Positions 25,243 through 37,844 of a DNA stretch of 64,000 bases are shown in pieces. Both the position numbers and the translations under genes were made by a program. The stretch is from Vicugna vicugna (Eukaryota), in the NCBI GenBank assembly GCA_013265495.1, contig MU058423.1, positions 3,797,061-3,861,060 of the forward strand. The letters run 5' to 3'. The notes beneath the pieces were generated by a model. The model had not been told where the DNA came from, ran no database searches, and saw only the letters and a program-made list of their open reading frames with translations. Every line of letters starts with the position of its first letter. Positions within the stretch are counted from its first letter, which is position 1.

Positions 25243-26190
25243 GAAAATTAATATTATTTAGTCCTTAAGTGTTTGGTAGAATTCACCAGTGAAACCATCT
25301 GGGCCTGGTGTTTTCTTTTTGGAGGATTATTAATTTGAGATTCAGTTTCTTTAGCTGATAGATAACTATTACTGTTTTCTCTTCTTCTTGTGTGAGTTTT
25401 GCCATTTTTGCCTTTCAGGGACTTGGTCCATTTATTTCAGTTATCCAGTCTGTGGGCGTCCAGGTGATCATGGTATTCCTTCATAATCCTCTAATGTTCA
25501 TTGGATCAGTAGTAATGGCCTCTCCTTCGTTTTTGATACTGGTAATTTGTGACATCTCTCATTTTTCTTGATTAGCCTCGCTAGAGGTTTATCAATTTTA
25601 TTGAGCTTTTCAAAGAACCGGCTTTTTGTTGTATTGATTTTCTCTATTGATTTTAAATTTCTGATTTCATTGATTTCTGCTGTATTTCTGTTCTTCTGCC
25701 TGCTTGGGTTTAAATTTCTCTTCTTTCTCTAGTTCTTAAGGTAAAAGCTTAGGTTACTGATTTTAGTTTTTTTTCTTTTCTAACAGATGTATTCCGTGCC
25801 ATAAATTTCCCTTTAAGCACTATGTTTGCTACATCCCACAAATTTTGATAGTTGTGGTTTCATTTTCATGTAGTTAAAATATTTTAAATTTCACTTGACG
25901 TCTCTGACCTGTGGGTTACTTATAAATGTATTGTCTAATTTCCAGTTACCTGGGGTTTTTCCAGCTATCTTTCTGTTACTGATTTCTAGTATAATTACCA
26001 TGTTATCTGAGAAGATACTTTCTTTAAAATTTGTTAAGGTGTGTTTCATGGCTCCACATACGGTCTATTAGGATGAATATTCCATGTGATCTTGAGAAGG
26101 ATGTATATTCTGCTATCACTGGTTGGAGTATTCTGTAAGTGTCAATTAGATCAAGTTATTTGATAGTCCTGTGTCCTTACTGATTTTCTA
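25243..26190 (-). mobile_element. Internal LINE-1 ORF2 fragment (old L1M)
   Basis: tgtttggtagaattcaccagtgaaaccatctgggcctggtg; ctagaggtttatcaattttattga...tttcaaagaacc; ataaatttccctttaagcactatgtttgctacatcccacaaattttga. Confidence 0.9.
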
Positions 26191-26444
26191 CAGTGGAACA
26201 CTTTAAAAATCTCTGCTTTAGAGCATCCCTTGTAGGGACCCAGTGGTTTAGAAGTATGAGAGCCATTCCTACAGGGGCTAATTTATGACTTGAGAACATC
26301 AAGGCATTGTACACTAAGGACATTTACAATCAGAGTATGTGGTGTTTGAATCACTGATGGGTGTGACAGACATTTATTTCCCTTTAAAAGCTGCTTGTTT
26401 TGAGCATGTACATAATGGCGCTGTTTTTAAATGGGTTCATACTT

Positions 26445-26615
26445 GCCCACATACAAATGCGTATTAAAAAATCAGGAAGAATTTACACCAAAATGTTGAG
26501 CGTAATTATAACTCCTGGACTATGGTATTACACGTGTTTTAAAAGCAGTCTTCATTACGTTTTCCTGTAGTTTGTAAATTTCTACACTGCATATCGTTTA
26601 CTTTTGAAGAAGAAC
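26445..26615 (+). mobile_element. L1ME 3' end fragment
   Basis: aaaaatcaggaagaatttacaccaaaatgttga...ttttcctgtagtttgtaaatttcta. Confidence 0.65.
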
Positions 26616-28044
26616 CAAAAGTTAATTATGGTTTGTTGAGATCTGATACTGTCTCATGTGTGGAATGAACCTAAGATGTGGTCATCATGAATAAAATTGC
26701 TTGTGAATAACATTGTCATAGCCAGGGATTCATTATTCACAGTGTCAGAGAAGAGCTGGAATGGGACAATTAATTACTTCCACTGATAATTGCAGCACAC
26801 TTTTTTGAAGCCGTCATTGTTATCTGAGGGGCTCACCAGACCTTTGCTAGTTGCAAAATAACAAGGATAGTGGAATGATTTAAATTTCACTATGGCTTGA
26901 TGGGTTGCAAAATTTTGGCCAGGGGTTAAAATGGGCACTGAGTACAAGTAATAAAAACATTCTACAGTTGATTCCTGAATATTCAGAACTTGATTTATTT
27001 TGCAAAAGAATGTGAGCTTTTGGAATGAATAAATCTAGATTATTGGTTGGTAAGTATTAACCTATATAAGTAAAACTTAAAACTGAGACCAGGAATTTTT
27101 TTTTTTAAAGTGAGAAAGATTTACAGGCAAATGCCTAGTAATATTTTCTTTAAGAAGAAATCAGCCCAACTCCACCTTTTAATTCCCCCCCGATATCCGG
27201 CATGTACTGTGTACATATAGTATATTCTATGTTTATTGAATATTAAATTGCATAGATTCTCTGTGCTGTTAGAAAAATCCTCGGAGTCTGAACTTTGTAT
27301 TTCTTTAACAAACCAGGAAATGTCATATACTGCTGGGTTTCTTTATGTGATTTTGTGTTAGGTCAACCACTAGGAACCGTAGGGAATCTCAACTGAGTGA
27401 GTGAACTCATAGAAATCAGCCTCTTCATTGATTTCATTTGACATTTGATACGAGGCTTGTGTATGAGCAACTTATTTTCTAATTACAGAGCTTACTATAA
27501 AGTTAATCCCATGCATTTCAGAATCCACTCGGAAATCATACTGTTGCATATATTAGGTTCTGGGTTAACTTTTAATGCTCATGCTTCTCAGTGAGGAGAG
27601 AACAGGACAGTCTCAATAAATAACAGATCTGAAACGGTAGACTGCATTGAAGGAAATGTCATTCCAAGAGTAACGTGACTAGGCTGCTATGTATGAGTGG
27701 TGTTTGTAGAATGACTTATGATCTTCATTTATTTGGAAAATTTAACAAATTTTTAGTTGATCAAAGTGGTATCTATTATTTTTTTAAAACTCTAGAACTT
27801 AGAAAAACATTAGTTCCCGTGTGCCAGTTTCCCTCACCTCATCCTACGTCCCAGAAGTAACTATTTTTGATTATTTTTACCTATGCCTTCTGGTATTTAC
27901 CACTGTATCTCTAAATAATATATTTACACTTGTATTTTTATTTACTAATTTAAAAAGGCCTTTATTGACTAATATAGTAGCTGGGGATTTAGCTTTCTTA
28001 CATTTTTCATGTTTTCTGTTTCTTTCTTATGTAACTTTAAAATA

Positions 28045-28112
28045 TTTTTTTTATTTGTTTTATTTTTGTTTTTTTGTTTGTGCGGAAGTAATTAGGTTTA
28101 TTTGCTTATTTC
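28045..28112 (-). mobile_element. Tail-only fragment of the camelid SINE
   Basis: ggaagtaattaggtttatttgcttattt is the reverse complement of the aaataaacctaatt tail motif seen at about 21230. Confidence 0.6.
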
Positions 28113-28316
28113 TCATGTAACTATTGCTATTTAAAATCAAACTGACAGAGTATACTATTGTCACTAAGTAAATAGTGGTACAATATAATGTTAAATGTTT
28201 TGTAATGAGTAATATTTGCATAGTGATTATAGTGCCCAAGAATTATAATAATTATTAAAAACCCTGATTAATGGGTTTGTCTCTTCTGTCATATTTACTG
28301 AGTGCTCTGTAGTCTT

Positions 28317-28662
28317 TTTTTAATTTTTTTTTATTGTAATATAGTAAGTTACAATGTCAATTTCTGGTGTGCAGCATAATGTCCTTGTCAAACATATATA
28401 AATATATAATATATATGTACATAAATATGTTTTCATATTCTTCTTTATTAAAGTTTATTACAAGATATTGAATAGCAAGTTCCTGTGCTATACAGAGGAA
28501 ATTTGTTTTTTATATATTTTTTCCATATAGTGGTTAACATTTGCAAATTTCAAACTCCCAAATTTATCCCTTCCCACCCCCTTTCCCCAGTAACCCTAAG
28601 ACTGTTTACTATGCCTGCGAGTCTGTTTCTTTGGTAGGTGAGTTCATTAGTGTCCTCTTTTC
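28317..28662 (-). mobile_element. 5'-truncated young LINE-1 3' UTR inserted in an L2
   Basis: Same 3' UTR as 16711 and 62048; exact 8-nt TSD gtagtctt (28309-28316 / 28663-28670); flanks rejoin into reverse L2 (atatttactgagtgctc...ttctcaaggagctca). Confidence 0.92.
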
Positions 28663-31093
28663 GTAGTCTTAAGTTCAGTGCCAGATATCAGTTTCTGTTC
28701 TCAAGGAGCTCAAGATCTTGTTTGTGAAAGAGAAGGTGCAAAAGTGATGAGGTTTTACAGAACGCTAAGGAATCCAAGAGGAAGTAGGGCTTACTTTGGC
28801 CAGTGAGGAATTTCTAGGATAGTTAGTTCTAGAAATGAGCTCTAAAGGAGGTAGAAATGGTCCACATGGGCAGAATTTGGAGAGCTTCAATGACGCTGGG
28901 GTTGGCGGGGAGAGAGAGCTGCTCCTCATTTCCTTTTGTATTCTGCACGTTAGCAGAATTGGACATGCTGTGGGTTCATAGCACAGATGTGTTGAACCTA
29001 AACTGGTCATACTCTTTTAAAAAAAGCTGCACCGTATCTTGATTTCATAGCAGTACACATGTTTGTAAAGTATCATTGCGAATAGAAATATCGTGCTGGC
29101 TGTGCATTATATAAATAGACCTATAAATACTTGAGTTGTGTCTCTGAAGTTCCAGCCAAAGTCAAACCTGGACACAGATATGAACATCATCAGCAATGAA
29201 CTCCAGTTCCTCCAGTGTCTTAAATGTATCCTTGTACTTCCTATGGTGCCTGGAATGTAATTGGCACTAAATGTGTGCTGAGCTAAATTGATAAAACAAA
29301 GTGCTGTTTGGGTCTGGGTTTAGTTTTAGATGAATAGTTTATAATGTCTAGTTGCAGGATAGAGAGGATGTAAGAAATTGGAATTTTATCCCAAAAGCTA
29401 GATCGCAGATGTGTTTTTGTAAAAGCAAAAGATATTACCATGGTCATAGCTGTTGTATTTCTATTTGTTTTTCCTAGGGATTATTTTGTCTTTCGTCAGG
29501 CTTCTTCCAACAATGAAGCACGTAGTATCTTAGACTACTCAGGGCCAAAGGTACTGCTTTTCCCCCCACCTAGGAATTTTGGAATGTTTCTGTTTTGAAT
29601 CATTATTTGAGAGTTTTCATTCTGTGTAAATTAATCACATGACTTAATTTATGGTGCCGGAAACCTGATTTGCAATTGGAATTGTGTTTTATTTTCTGTT
29701 AATGGCAACAAGTTAATTTCATCACGTTCTAGCTCTTTGCCTGCCTCTGTGGTTTTGTGCAAAGTGTCATGGCTACAGTAAACTAATTTGCGTATCTCTT
29801 TGATAATTTAAATAATTTTAATTAATATGGAGGCTCTCTGTCTAATCTTTGCTTGTATTCTCACCTGCCCAGTAGTGGGCTCTGCTAATGTAAATGCGAA
29901 TGAATGCTTGATGCCCGTCATTCTTTTATTTCTGTGGTCTTTTCCTATGATTTTCTAGATGCTAAAACATTCTGTGCATTTCTCATTAGGTTTTCACTGT
30001 CATGTCAAACTTTTAGAAACTTTGTAATGGTGAAAATTCCAAACACACAAAATGGAAGAGAGCAGCAGACACTCCTGCACCCCTCATCAGGCAGTGACTG
30101 TCATAAACTCAGCTTCGGGAGGCTGCTGACTCAGTTAACAGAATGAGAAGCGTGTCGGTTTGTCCCTGCTTACGTTTTCCATTGAGTAGTTAGACATATG
30201 TACTTGGGAATCGACCTAATTCTTTTAAAGTGAGTCTCCAGGTTGGGTCATAAAGCCGTAACCTTGAAGATATGGAAAAGATCCCTTTGGTTTTTGTTAT
30301 ATTTTTTGTTAGGCATCACACATGAAGCTCTCTTATCAAAGTGGATACATTTAGTAATTATTTAATTAAAAAAGCTTTCTGCGGGTGCTGAAAATAGTTG
30401 ATACAGTTTCTGCAAACCACAGTCCTTTTTCCAACACGAGCGCATTCAAATAACAGTTTAGTTATGCTATTTTCCCTGTATAACTTCAGGGGCTTATCTT
30501 TCCAGTGATTTTTTTTTTTGAAATTGCTGTGGGTTAAATATGAACATTGAAGCATACAACACCCTCTAGAAAGCATAAATATGAAGACAGAGACAAGGCG
30601 AGCTATTTATAGCAAGGTGTGAAAGACATCTATTGTGTTACATCCTGTGGGTTGGTCAGTCGGAAGAGTTTGTGAGAAAATTAGTTAAGGTTTGCTTTCT
30701 AAATTGTTGTATATAAAAACTCAGATGAAAATGAAAAACTATGAATTTGAAAATGCCACCATGATAAAGTGGGGGGCCGTCGGTGGGACTGCCTCTCGGA
30801 TTGCCACTAGGCCTACTAGTTAACTTCTGGAGGTTGTTGATGACCAAATCTGGGGGCTCTGGTCATCTTTGAAGATGCTTCTTTTGTTATAATTCTTCTT
30901 TTGTTGTAATTCGCGCAGCTCTTCTGACGCTCTAGTGACATTCTGGGCACCTGTGCATTCGCGCCGAGCGTCTATGCCTCCTCAGGCACTGGATTTAGAA
31001 GCTGAGGGAGACCTGAGACATCTTAAATTCTGATTTAATTTTCCAGAGAAAAGAACAGTCCAGAGAGGGTTAGTAACTTCCACCACCCATTCT

Positions 31094-31987
31094 TGTGTTG
31101 CTCTTTCTGAGCTATTTTTAGTTTTCGCAATTCTGGCATCAAATATGTAGGCTTCTCTTTTTTTTCCGCCATCACACCAACAAATTCTCTCACTCTTGAC
31201 GCCAACTAGGTGTTATACAATTCCGTTCAGTTTTAACACTAACTATTCAGAGTTAGTGCAGACCCCACAGGTTTAAGGGCTCAGTCCCACAAGACTGCTC
31301 CCAGTTGAGATGCCAGTAATAAGTATTGGATGCCCAGGGAACCCACACTTCTGTTCAATTTGGCTACAAAATTGAGGGTTTCCACAACGCCCTCCTCAAG
31401 TTCGATAATTTTCTGGGTACAGAATTCAGGGAAACACTGTGTTTACTGTTACTGGTTTATTATAAAGGATACAAATGCATAGCCAGATAAGTACATAGGG
31501 CAAGGTCTGGAAGGATCCTGAACATGGGGCTTCCTGTGGAGTCAGGTGTGTCACCCTCCTGATATGTGGATGTGTTCACCAACCCAGAAGCCCTTTGAAC
31601 CCTGAACCCCATAATTGAGGACTTTTTAAGTGTTGTCATCACATAAGTAAGATTGATTAATAACTCAATCTCTAGGCCCCTCCCCTTTCTTGAAGTTGAT
31701 GGTGGAGCTGAAGATTCCAAGCTTCTAATCGAAATTTGATCTTTTTGGCAACCAGCCCCGAAGCTACCTAGGGACCCACCCAGAGCTACCTCATTAGCAC
31801 AAAAAGTGCTCCTGTCACTTGTGAAATTCCAAGAGATTAAGAGACTGTCAGGCAAGGGTCTAAGACCGAATATTGTAACCAAAGATGTTCCTCTGACTCC
31901 TTTCACTCAGAAAAATGTCAAAGGTTTTAAGAGCTCTGTGCCAGGACCTGGGAATGAAGGCCAAATATCTGTTTACTTCATATCACA
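31094..31987 (-). mobile_element. MER21-family (MER21B/C-like) solo LTR
   Basis: gagttagtgcagaccccacaggtttaagggctcagtcccacaagactgc; ggatgtgttcaccaacccagaagc; ends aagagctctgtgccaggacctggg...ccaaatat...atatcaca (TG...CA termini). Confidence 0.88.
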
Positions 31988-33461
31988 GCATCACACACTT
32001 ATACCCAGATTTGGTCTCCACGGTTGCCTCCCGTGTCACCCCTTCACCTCTGCTCTCACAGCTGCTTGCCGGGTCAGACGTGCTTTACTTCATACCTGGA
32101 TGGCCGCCTTTGCTTCCGGCCTCATCTGGTTGTTTAAAATCAGCCCCGTGATCCAATTCACTGAGCTGCGGACTGAGAGATGTTATAGGCGAAGCTTTGG
32201 TCTAGCTTTTACGTCAGTGATTGGTCAAGGTTCCTCAAGGAGCTTCTCTGACTTGGAGGGGTTTTACGTACCTAAACTCAGCAGACCTGCCCCCTGAATT
32301 GTCGGTAAAATTTTGCATGTTGCTGTGGTTACATGAAAATATTTCTAAAACCAATCTAACTCTATTTAGAGTGTCTCGGGGCCTATCATGTCGGTATGAT
32401 GTTGGAAGTGGGAATACCCTAAAAAGATTTAAAGTATAAAATCTGTTCTGAACAAGTTTACATTCCCATTGTGGATGAGATGTGCTTCTAAATATATAAG
32501 GAAAAATATGTCCGAGTACCCAAGTGAATAGACCCAAAGGGCTGAAAATAAAGGAGAAAGGGGAGTCAACTGTGTTAAGAGTTTATATATGGAGTTAAGC
32601 TTGAGATGAGCTATGAAGGTCACATATGATTGGAAAAGGGAAAGCAAAGACCAGTCTGGAAGAAAATATTGGGAGTAAACTTTGTGAAAAATCTGGAGAG
32701 TTAATTTCTAATTACTAATGTTTATTCGCATCTGAGCTCTGCTCATCTTTGCTCCTGTTGCATTTCAATTTTTATAGCCATCCCTTTTCTCATAAATAAT
32801 AGTAAAACAATTTCAATGCACTCAGTTCCATTTGTCTCAAGTTGGTAATATCAAATCAGTATTGTTATATTGAGATGGAGTTCATACATACTTTTTAAAA
32901 CACTATTTTCCACATATTGTCTTCCACCTATTGTTCATAAAAACAATTAAAAAGACTAAATAAAGAAGTCCTGATATTCTTTAAAAAAAAGAAAAAACAC
33001 ACCCTAAACACTCTATCATCTACCCACCACTTTAGCAAGTTTTTATTAGAAATATTTATGGTCAGTCCCCACACCTGAGCTTCACGTCTATTGAGTAAAG
33101 ACTTTAAGTGGAAGTTTTGAGATAAACTACTTTTGAATTGATGAAGATATAACCTTGTATACAAAGTACGTCTTACTTCCCGGGGCTTGCAGTTTTCTCA
33201 GACTACCTAAAGGAGTGTTCATTTACTTTGATCTTATTTCCAGAACAGTAAATATTCTCATCTGCTTGAGAGACTCGGGAGTTCTGGAGCTTCTGCTCGC
33301 TGGACTTCTCTGACTGTGTCATACAGATAGCGCTGAGTGTCAACAGCTGAGAGACACAGAAGCCACATGAGTCTAGCTTATTAGAAGAAAGGACATTTAA
33401 TACTAAATTTAACCCACTGAAAAGTAATGAACTGTGAGGTCTGAAATTCAAGATAGGGTCT

Positions 33462-33471
33462 GGGAAATCCC
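33462..33471 (+). promoter_or_regulatory. Consensus NF-kB site (motif only)
   Basis: GGGAAATCCC fits GGGRNNYYCC; occupancy unknown. Confidence 0.3.
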
Positions 33472-34516
33472 CCCAAGCCTCTAATCAGTTATTGTTTCTC
33501 TTAAACTCTACATCTTTTCTCCATCTCACTGTGGAAGAAAGCCACTCCTAATTGTTCCCAAGTATGATCTTGTCTTTCTTGTTTTAGTGTTCAGTGCACC
33601 TTCGAACACATTCCGTACTTTTATTAGAGTAAAGTGGTAAGCTATACCTTAGCATCATAAAGATCTTTTGAGGTTTAAAAATCAATGTTTAAAATTTTTG
33701 AATTTTGTTCTCATGTGTGCAGTCAATGCTTTGGGTGGGTATATTGGGCAGTAAACAGAGTAAACTGTGCAACTTCAGCTGCCAAATGTCCCCACTTTGA
33801 GAGAAAAAAAAATGGTGTGGTTATTTTACAGGAAATACTGTGCAGGACTGTGGTCTGCGTAAAGGAAATGCCCACCAAGAAACTAAAATACTGTCAGTAC
33901 TTAATGGTCTACTTTACGCTTGAGGTAAAAATGAATTGTATAAATAAACCTTACTCCTCAATTTTATGTTCGAAATTAGCTCTTAAACACTTTAATGTAA
34001 AGCACAGTAGTGACTTTGTATTTTTGTGTGGCTTGCTAACAGAATGCAGCTAGGAGCGGAGACCACATAAAGGCCACATAAATAATGGGAACAGATGGTG
34101 GAAGGACAATTGTTTGACTTTGACAGTATCACACAATGACTCAACCGAGATTTGAAACACAGTAGTGCTGTAGTGAGCGGCGCTAGATCCCCTTTCATGA
34201 GCTTTGGAGACCAGCGGTGGATTTATAAGTGTGCTGTTGTCATACTTTTCACAAACCATTTAGTCTGTTTTGCTAACATTTCTCTGTGTAATTGGCTCAT
34301 CGTGGCAGATGGATCCCGGCTGGAAGGGAGCCGAGTGTGCCCGCTGCCCTCCCGCATCTGTAATTTGTGATGCGAGGAGCCGCTTGTTAGGACTCCTCAT
34401 CTGGACACGTCTGTGTGAAATAGGGCTGAAACCAGCTTAGGAACTGGGGTCGTCCAGACCTCTCCCTCTGCAGGTCTGTCACTGAGAGGTGAACTTCTGT
34501 CTTCAAGGCTGCTCAG

Positions 34517-34982
34517 GGTAGTAGGCAGAATGATGGCCTCCCAGAGATGTCCACGTTCTGCTTCCTGGAAGCTGTGAATGGTACCTTGTACGGCCAAAGG
34601 GATGTTACAGGTGTGACTGAGTTAAGGACCTTGACATGGGGAGATATTTGGCGTTATTTGGAAGGGCTCAGTATAATCACATGGGTCCACGGAAGCAAAG
34701 AGCCTTTCCCTTCTGGGTTAGAGAGAGATGCAGCATCACAGGCTTTGAAGATGAAGGAGGTGGGCCTTGAGCTACTAGAAGCTGGAAAGGATGGGGAAAT
34801 GGACTCTCCACCAGAGCGCCTGGCAAGGACCACTGCCCTGCTGCCACCTTCACCTTCACCTTCAGCTCAGTCCAGTAGACCCACGTTGAACTTTTGACTT
34901 AGAGAAATGCAAGTTAATAAATCTGAGTTTAAGTCACTAAATTTGTGGTAATTTGTTATAACAATCATAGAAAGCTAATACA
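34517..34982 (+). mobile_element. MLT1D-like MaLR solo LTR inserted in a MIR
   Basis: gtaggcagaatgatggcctcccagagatgtccacg...taataaat...aatttgtggtaatttgttataacaatcatagaaagctaataca; 4/5 TSD ctcag/ctcac; flanks rejoin into reverse MIR. Confidence 0.88.
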
Positions 34983-36809
34983 CTCACCAAGTTAGGGATA
35001 AAACCAGGTCTAGACCCCAGGCCATCTGCCTTACAGTCTAGGTCTTTATTCAGGTGATAAATGTCTGTTACGTCACCAAATCGTGTACTCCTGAAAGGCA
35101 GAAACCACTTTGCTCTTCTTCCCCAAGATAACCGAGGAGTGGGTGAATGGGAGCCCTCGAACGTGCTTGAGGATGAATGTCTAAGCACCAGGTGCTCAGA
35201 GAGAAACTAGATGCAGAGTGAATCTTGCTGCGCTGTTTTGTTCTTCAAACTCATCAAAACCATTTGGATTCAGGAGTCTCTAAAGCTCTGCCTGGATGTC
35301 TGTTACTGCCTGTCTGGGGCTGTGTCCAGTCTGGTCCTGTCTTGACTCCCATATCCCAGGTAATCTGTGGATGGATATACATATGGTTGATAGGCACCTT
35401 CTGAATCAGTCTAGAGCCCGCAGTTAGAACAGGGATTGGCCATGAATAAATGTAAAATACATTCAGGATATTCAAAACATCTTTTCTTTTGGCTTTTTAA
35501 AATTTTTTTAATTCTGATTTCCAGTAGGTCCTTTAAAAAAAAATTTAGTCTTGACAGAAATAATAAGGATATCGGAAATAAAATCAATGATAAAAAATCT
35601 AAGATTGGATGCAGACCATGACATATTCCTCAGAAAATCTGATCCAGGGACTTCAAACATGTTTTATCTCATCTGCCAAATGCGATTTGTTGGTGAGAGC
35701 TCTCTGGATGGGAACACTGTCGAAAACGGTTCTGTGGCCATGACCTTGATCAGGTAGGAAGAGTTCTTTGATCCTGACTGATCTGGGCAGCTCGGGCAAT
35801 GCTAAGCTCCTTCCTAGAGATTTCTCTCCAGATATTGATCAATTCTTTAGTCATCATTTCTTAGTGTGACTTTTCCAGCCAGTTATAAATATAGCTAAGT
35901 GAAGTTGTGTTTACACACAGCTTGGATCCCACTCGCATTTCTTCATGGGGTTGAGATGGGAGGGTAGACCCTGATTCGTGTGATGACAGTGTGCAGATGT
36001 GAAGGGCAGGCAGTGCTAAGTTCATCGGTAGGTTACTTCTATGAGCTCACAGCTGTAGAATAGAAAGAGATTTAAAGGAAGGCAAGATGAGTATGTGTCC
36101 AACAGAGCTTTTCTTTCCATCCCTCCCTGTGGCAAGCAGTTCTTTCATTTTACCTCTGTCTGGCTCAGTCACAGCAAATTTTATTTTGCTGAGAGGACCC
36201 TTGACTGAATGTCACCATGGACAATTCAGAGTAGGAAAAAACTAGTAAGACTAAAAATATATTTATATTGAAATGTTGGAGAGAAGACAAAAATATATGA
36301 GAGGTTATATGTGGGATGTTATTAGTGTATATTTAAAGTTTTAGGTTGAGGTACTGAAGATTTGTAAGTTTATGGAGCAAATGGTAGTTACAGTTAAATC
36401 TTTGACACCTTTAATAGAAAAAACTAGAAAAATGTGATGGTACTTTGTGCTCAGATACTGTTACTTGCTTAAAAAATATAGACTCAGGCTAGCATTATGT
36501 CCTTTATTTTCCATTTGTTTCCTTTTTTATGTTAGTATTGGTTTCAAATCTTATCAGGAAAATCAATTTGATTAATGTAGGCAGGATCTCAAGGACTTCA
36601 CCTTCCTGGCTTTTGTGAGAACACTTAGGCTGCAATGATCAGTTGACCTGTCTGTTGAGTATCTTAAAGCTTAAGTGCCCGGAAAAGCCCTTGATTTCTC
36701 ACGAAGATTGGAACGAGGCTCTTCCTGAGAAGCATTCACACAGCATCAGTCAGCCGGTTGTTGGCAGAGTTGCAGCACACTCGAGCAATGATGAAAAAAA
36801 CGTCCTGAC

Positions 36810-36985
36810 ATCTTATATGGCATTTTCAGTTTTTCTGAACACTTACCTTAAATGATTGCATTGAGCCCCACTGTGAGCTAGTAGGCAGAAGGGCTCATAT
36901 TCTTATAATCTCTGTTTACAAATAAAACTGAGAAGGGTGAATGACTCTCTAAGGCTAGTAAGTAATAGTGCAGAAACAAAGAAAT
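36810..36985 (-). mobile_element. MIR-family SINE
   Basis: ctctgtttacaaataaaactgagaagggtgaatgactctctaaggctagtaagtaatagtgcagaa. Confidence 0.6.
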
Positions 36986-37229
36986 ACTTAGCTTTAAACA
37001 TGTGCACTACAATTACATTAAAAAATACTTAACATTTCACACCAGTGAAACTTGTTAAGTTAAACGTACTAACCTTAAGAGAATAAGATAAATATTTACA
37101 GCTGGAAATCTTGTTACCATTAATCTCACATTTCATTAAGAAGCTACATGCCTTTAGGCATTCTCATCTTTTGTTGCTGCAGGAGATAGAAAGATTGCTA
37201 GAAATGATTCTTTTCCTCTGGCTTGCCTA

Positions 37230-37560
37230 TTGTAGCCTGGCTGTGTGGGTACAGACATAATTACAACGTTGTAGAGCAATGTTTGGTAAGTGTCCTGAGA
37301 AAGACAGAGATAACCTAAGTCCTGGAAGGGATTCAGCCTTGGCCAAGAACAGAGAGAGAGATTCAGGGAGCAGATGACATGTAAGTGAGCTTTGAAAGGG
37401 GACTGAAATTTAGGCAGGAAGACATTTTGAGAGAAGCTATTATATTTTGGTGGAAAATAAGAGAATTCTGTATAGGCAAAGGCGTTGAGCTAGGAAGAGT
37501 CAGTGTGTTTGTGGGTAGAACAGTAGACCACTTTGATAAAATGGGAAGATTTCCATAGGG
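37230..37560 (-). mobile_element. L2 fragment
   Basis: Reverse L2 pattern cagacataattacaacg...ggtaagtgtcctgaga...tgagctttgaaagggg...aaatttaggcagg...aggcaaaggc. Confidence 0.6.
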
Positions 37561-37844
37561 GAGTGGTTGTAATTATTTATATGGGAATGAAGAAGTGTTA
37601 AATTTTCCTCTGTCACGAGTCTTCTTACGTTTCCTTCTTCCTCGGTCTTTTGAGGAGGAAGAGGCTATAGAAATTTATTTCCACTAGGGCGTTCGTCATC
37701 ATATTTGGTAAAGGGTAATTATTTGGATACTCGTTTTTCTTTTTATCTGTTTTTTTCATTGTTAGTCCTCCTCACTGTCATCATTTTGTTTTTAGAAACC
37801 TTAAAACTTAGAGAAAAGTCACATGAAGATGCAATAAATACCAG

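Noticed and set aside
30877..30912. Short tandem duplication cttctt(t)ttgtt(a/g)taatt x2, and similar 2-3 copy micro-repeats elsewhere
   Set aside because: Ordinary slippage duplications without spacers; not CRISPR-like.
31460..32297. 148-aa and 163-aa ORFs
   Set aside because: They lie within or begin inside the MER21 LTR; no protein-like motifs.
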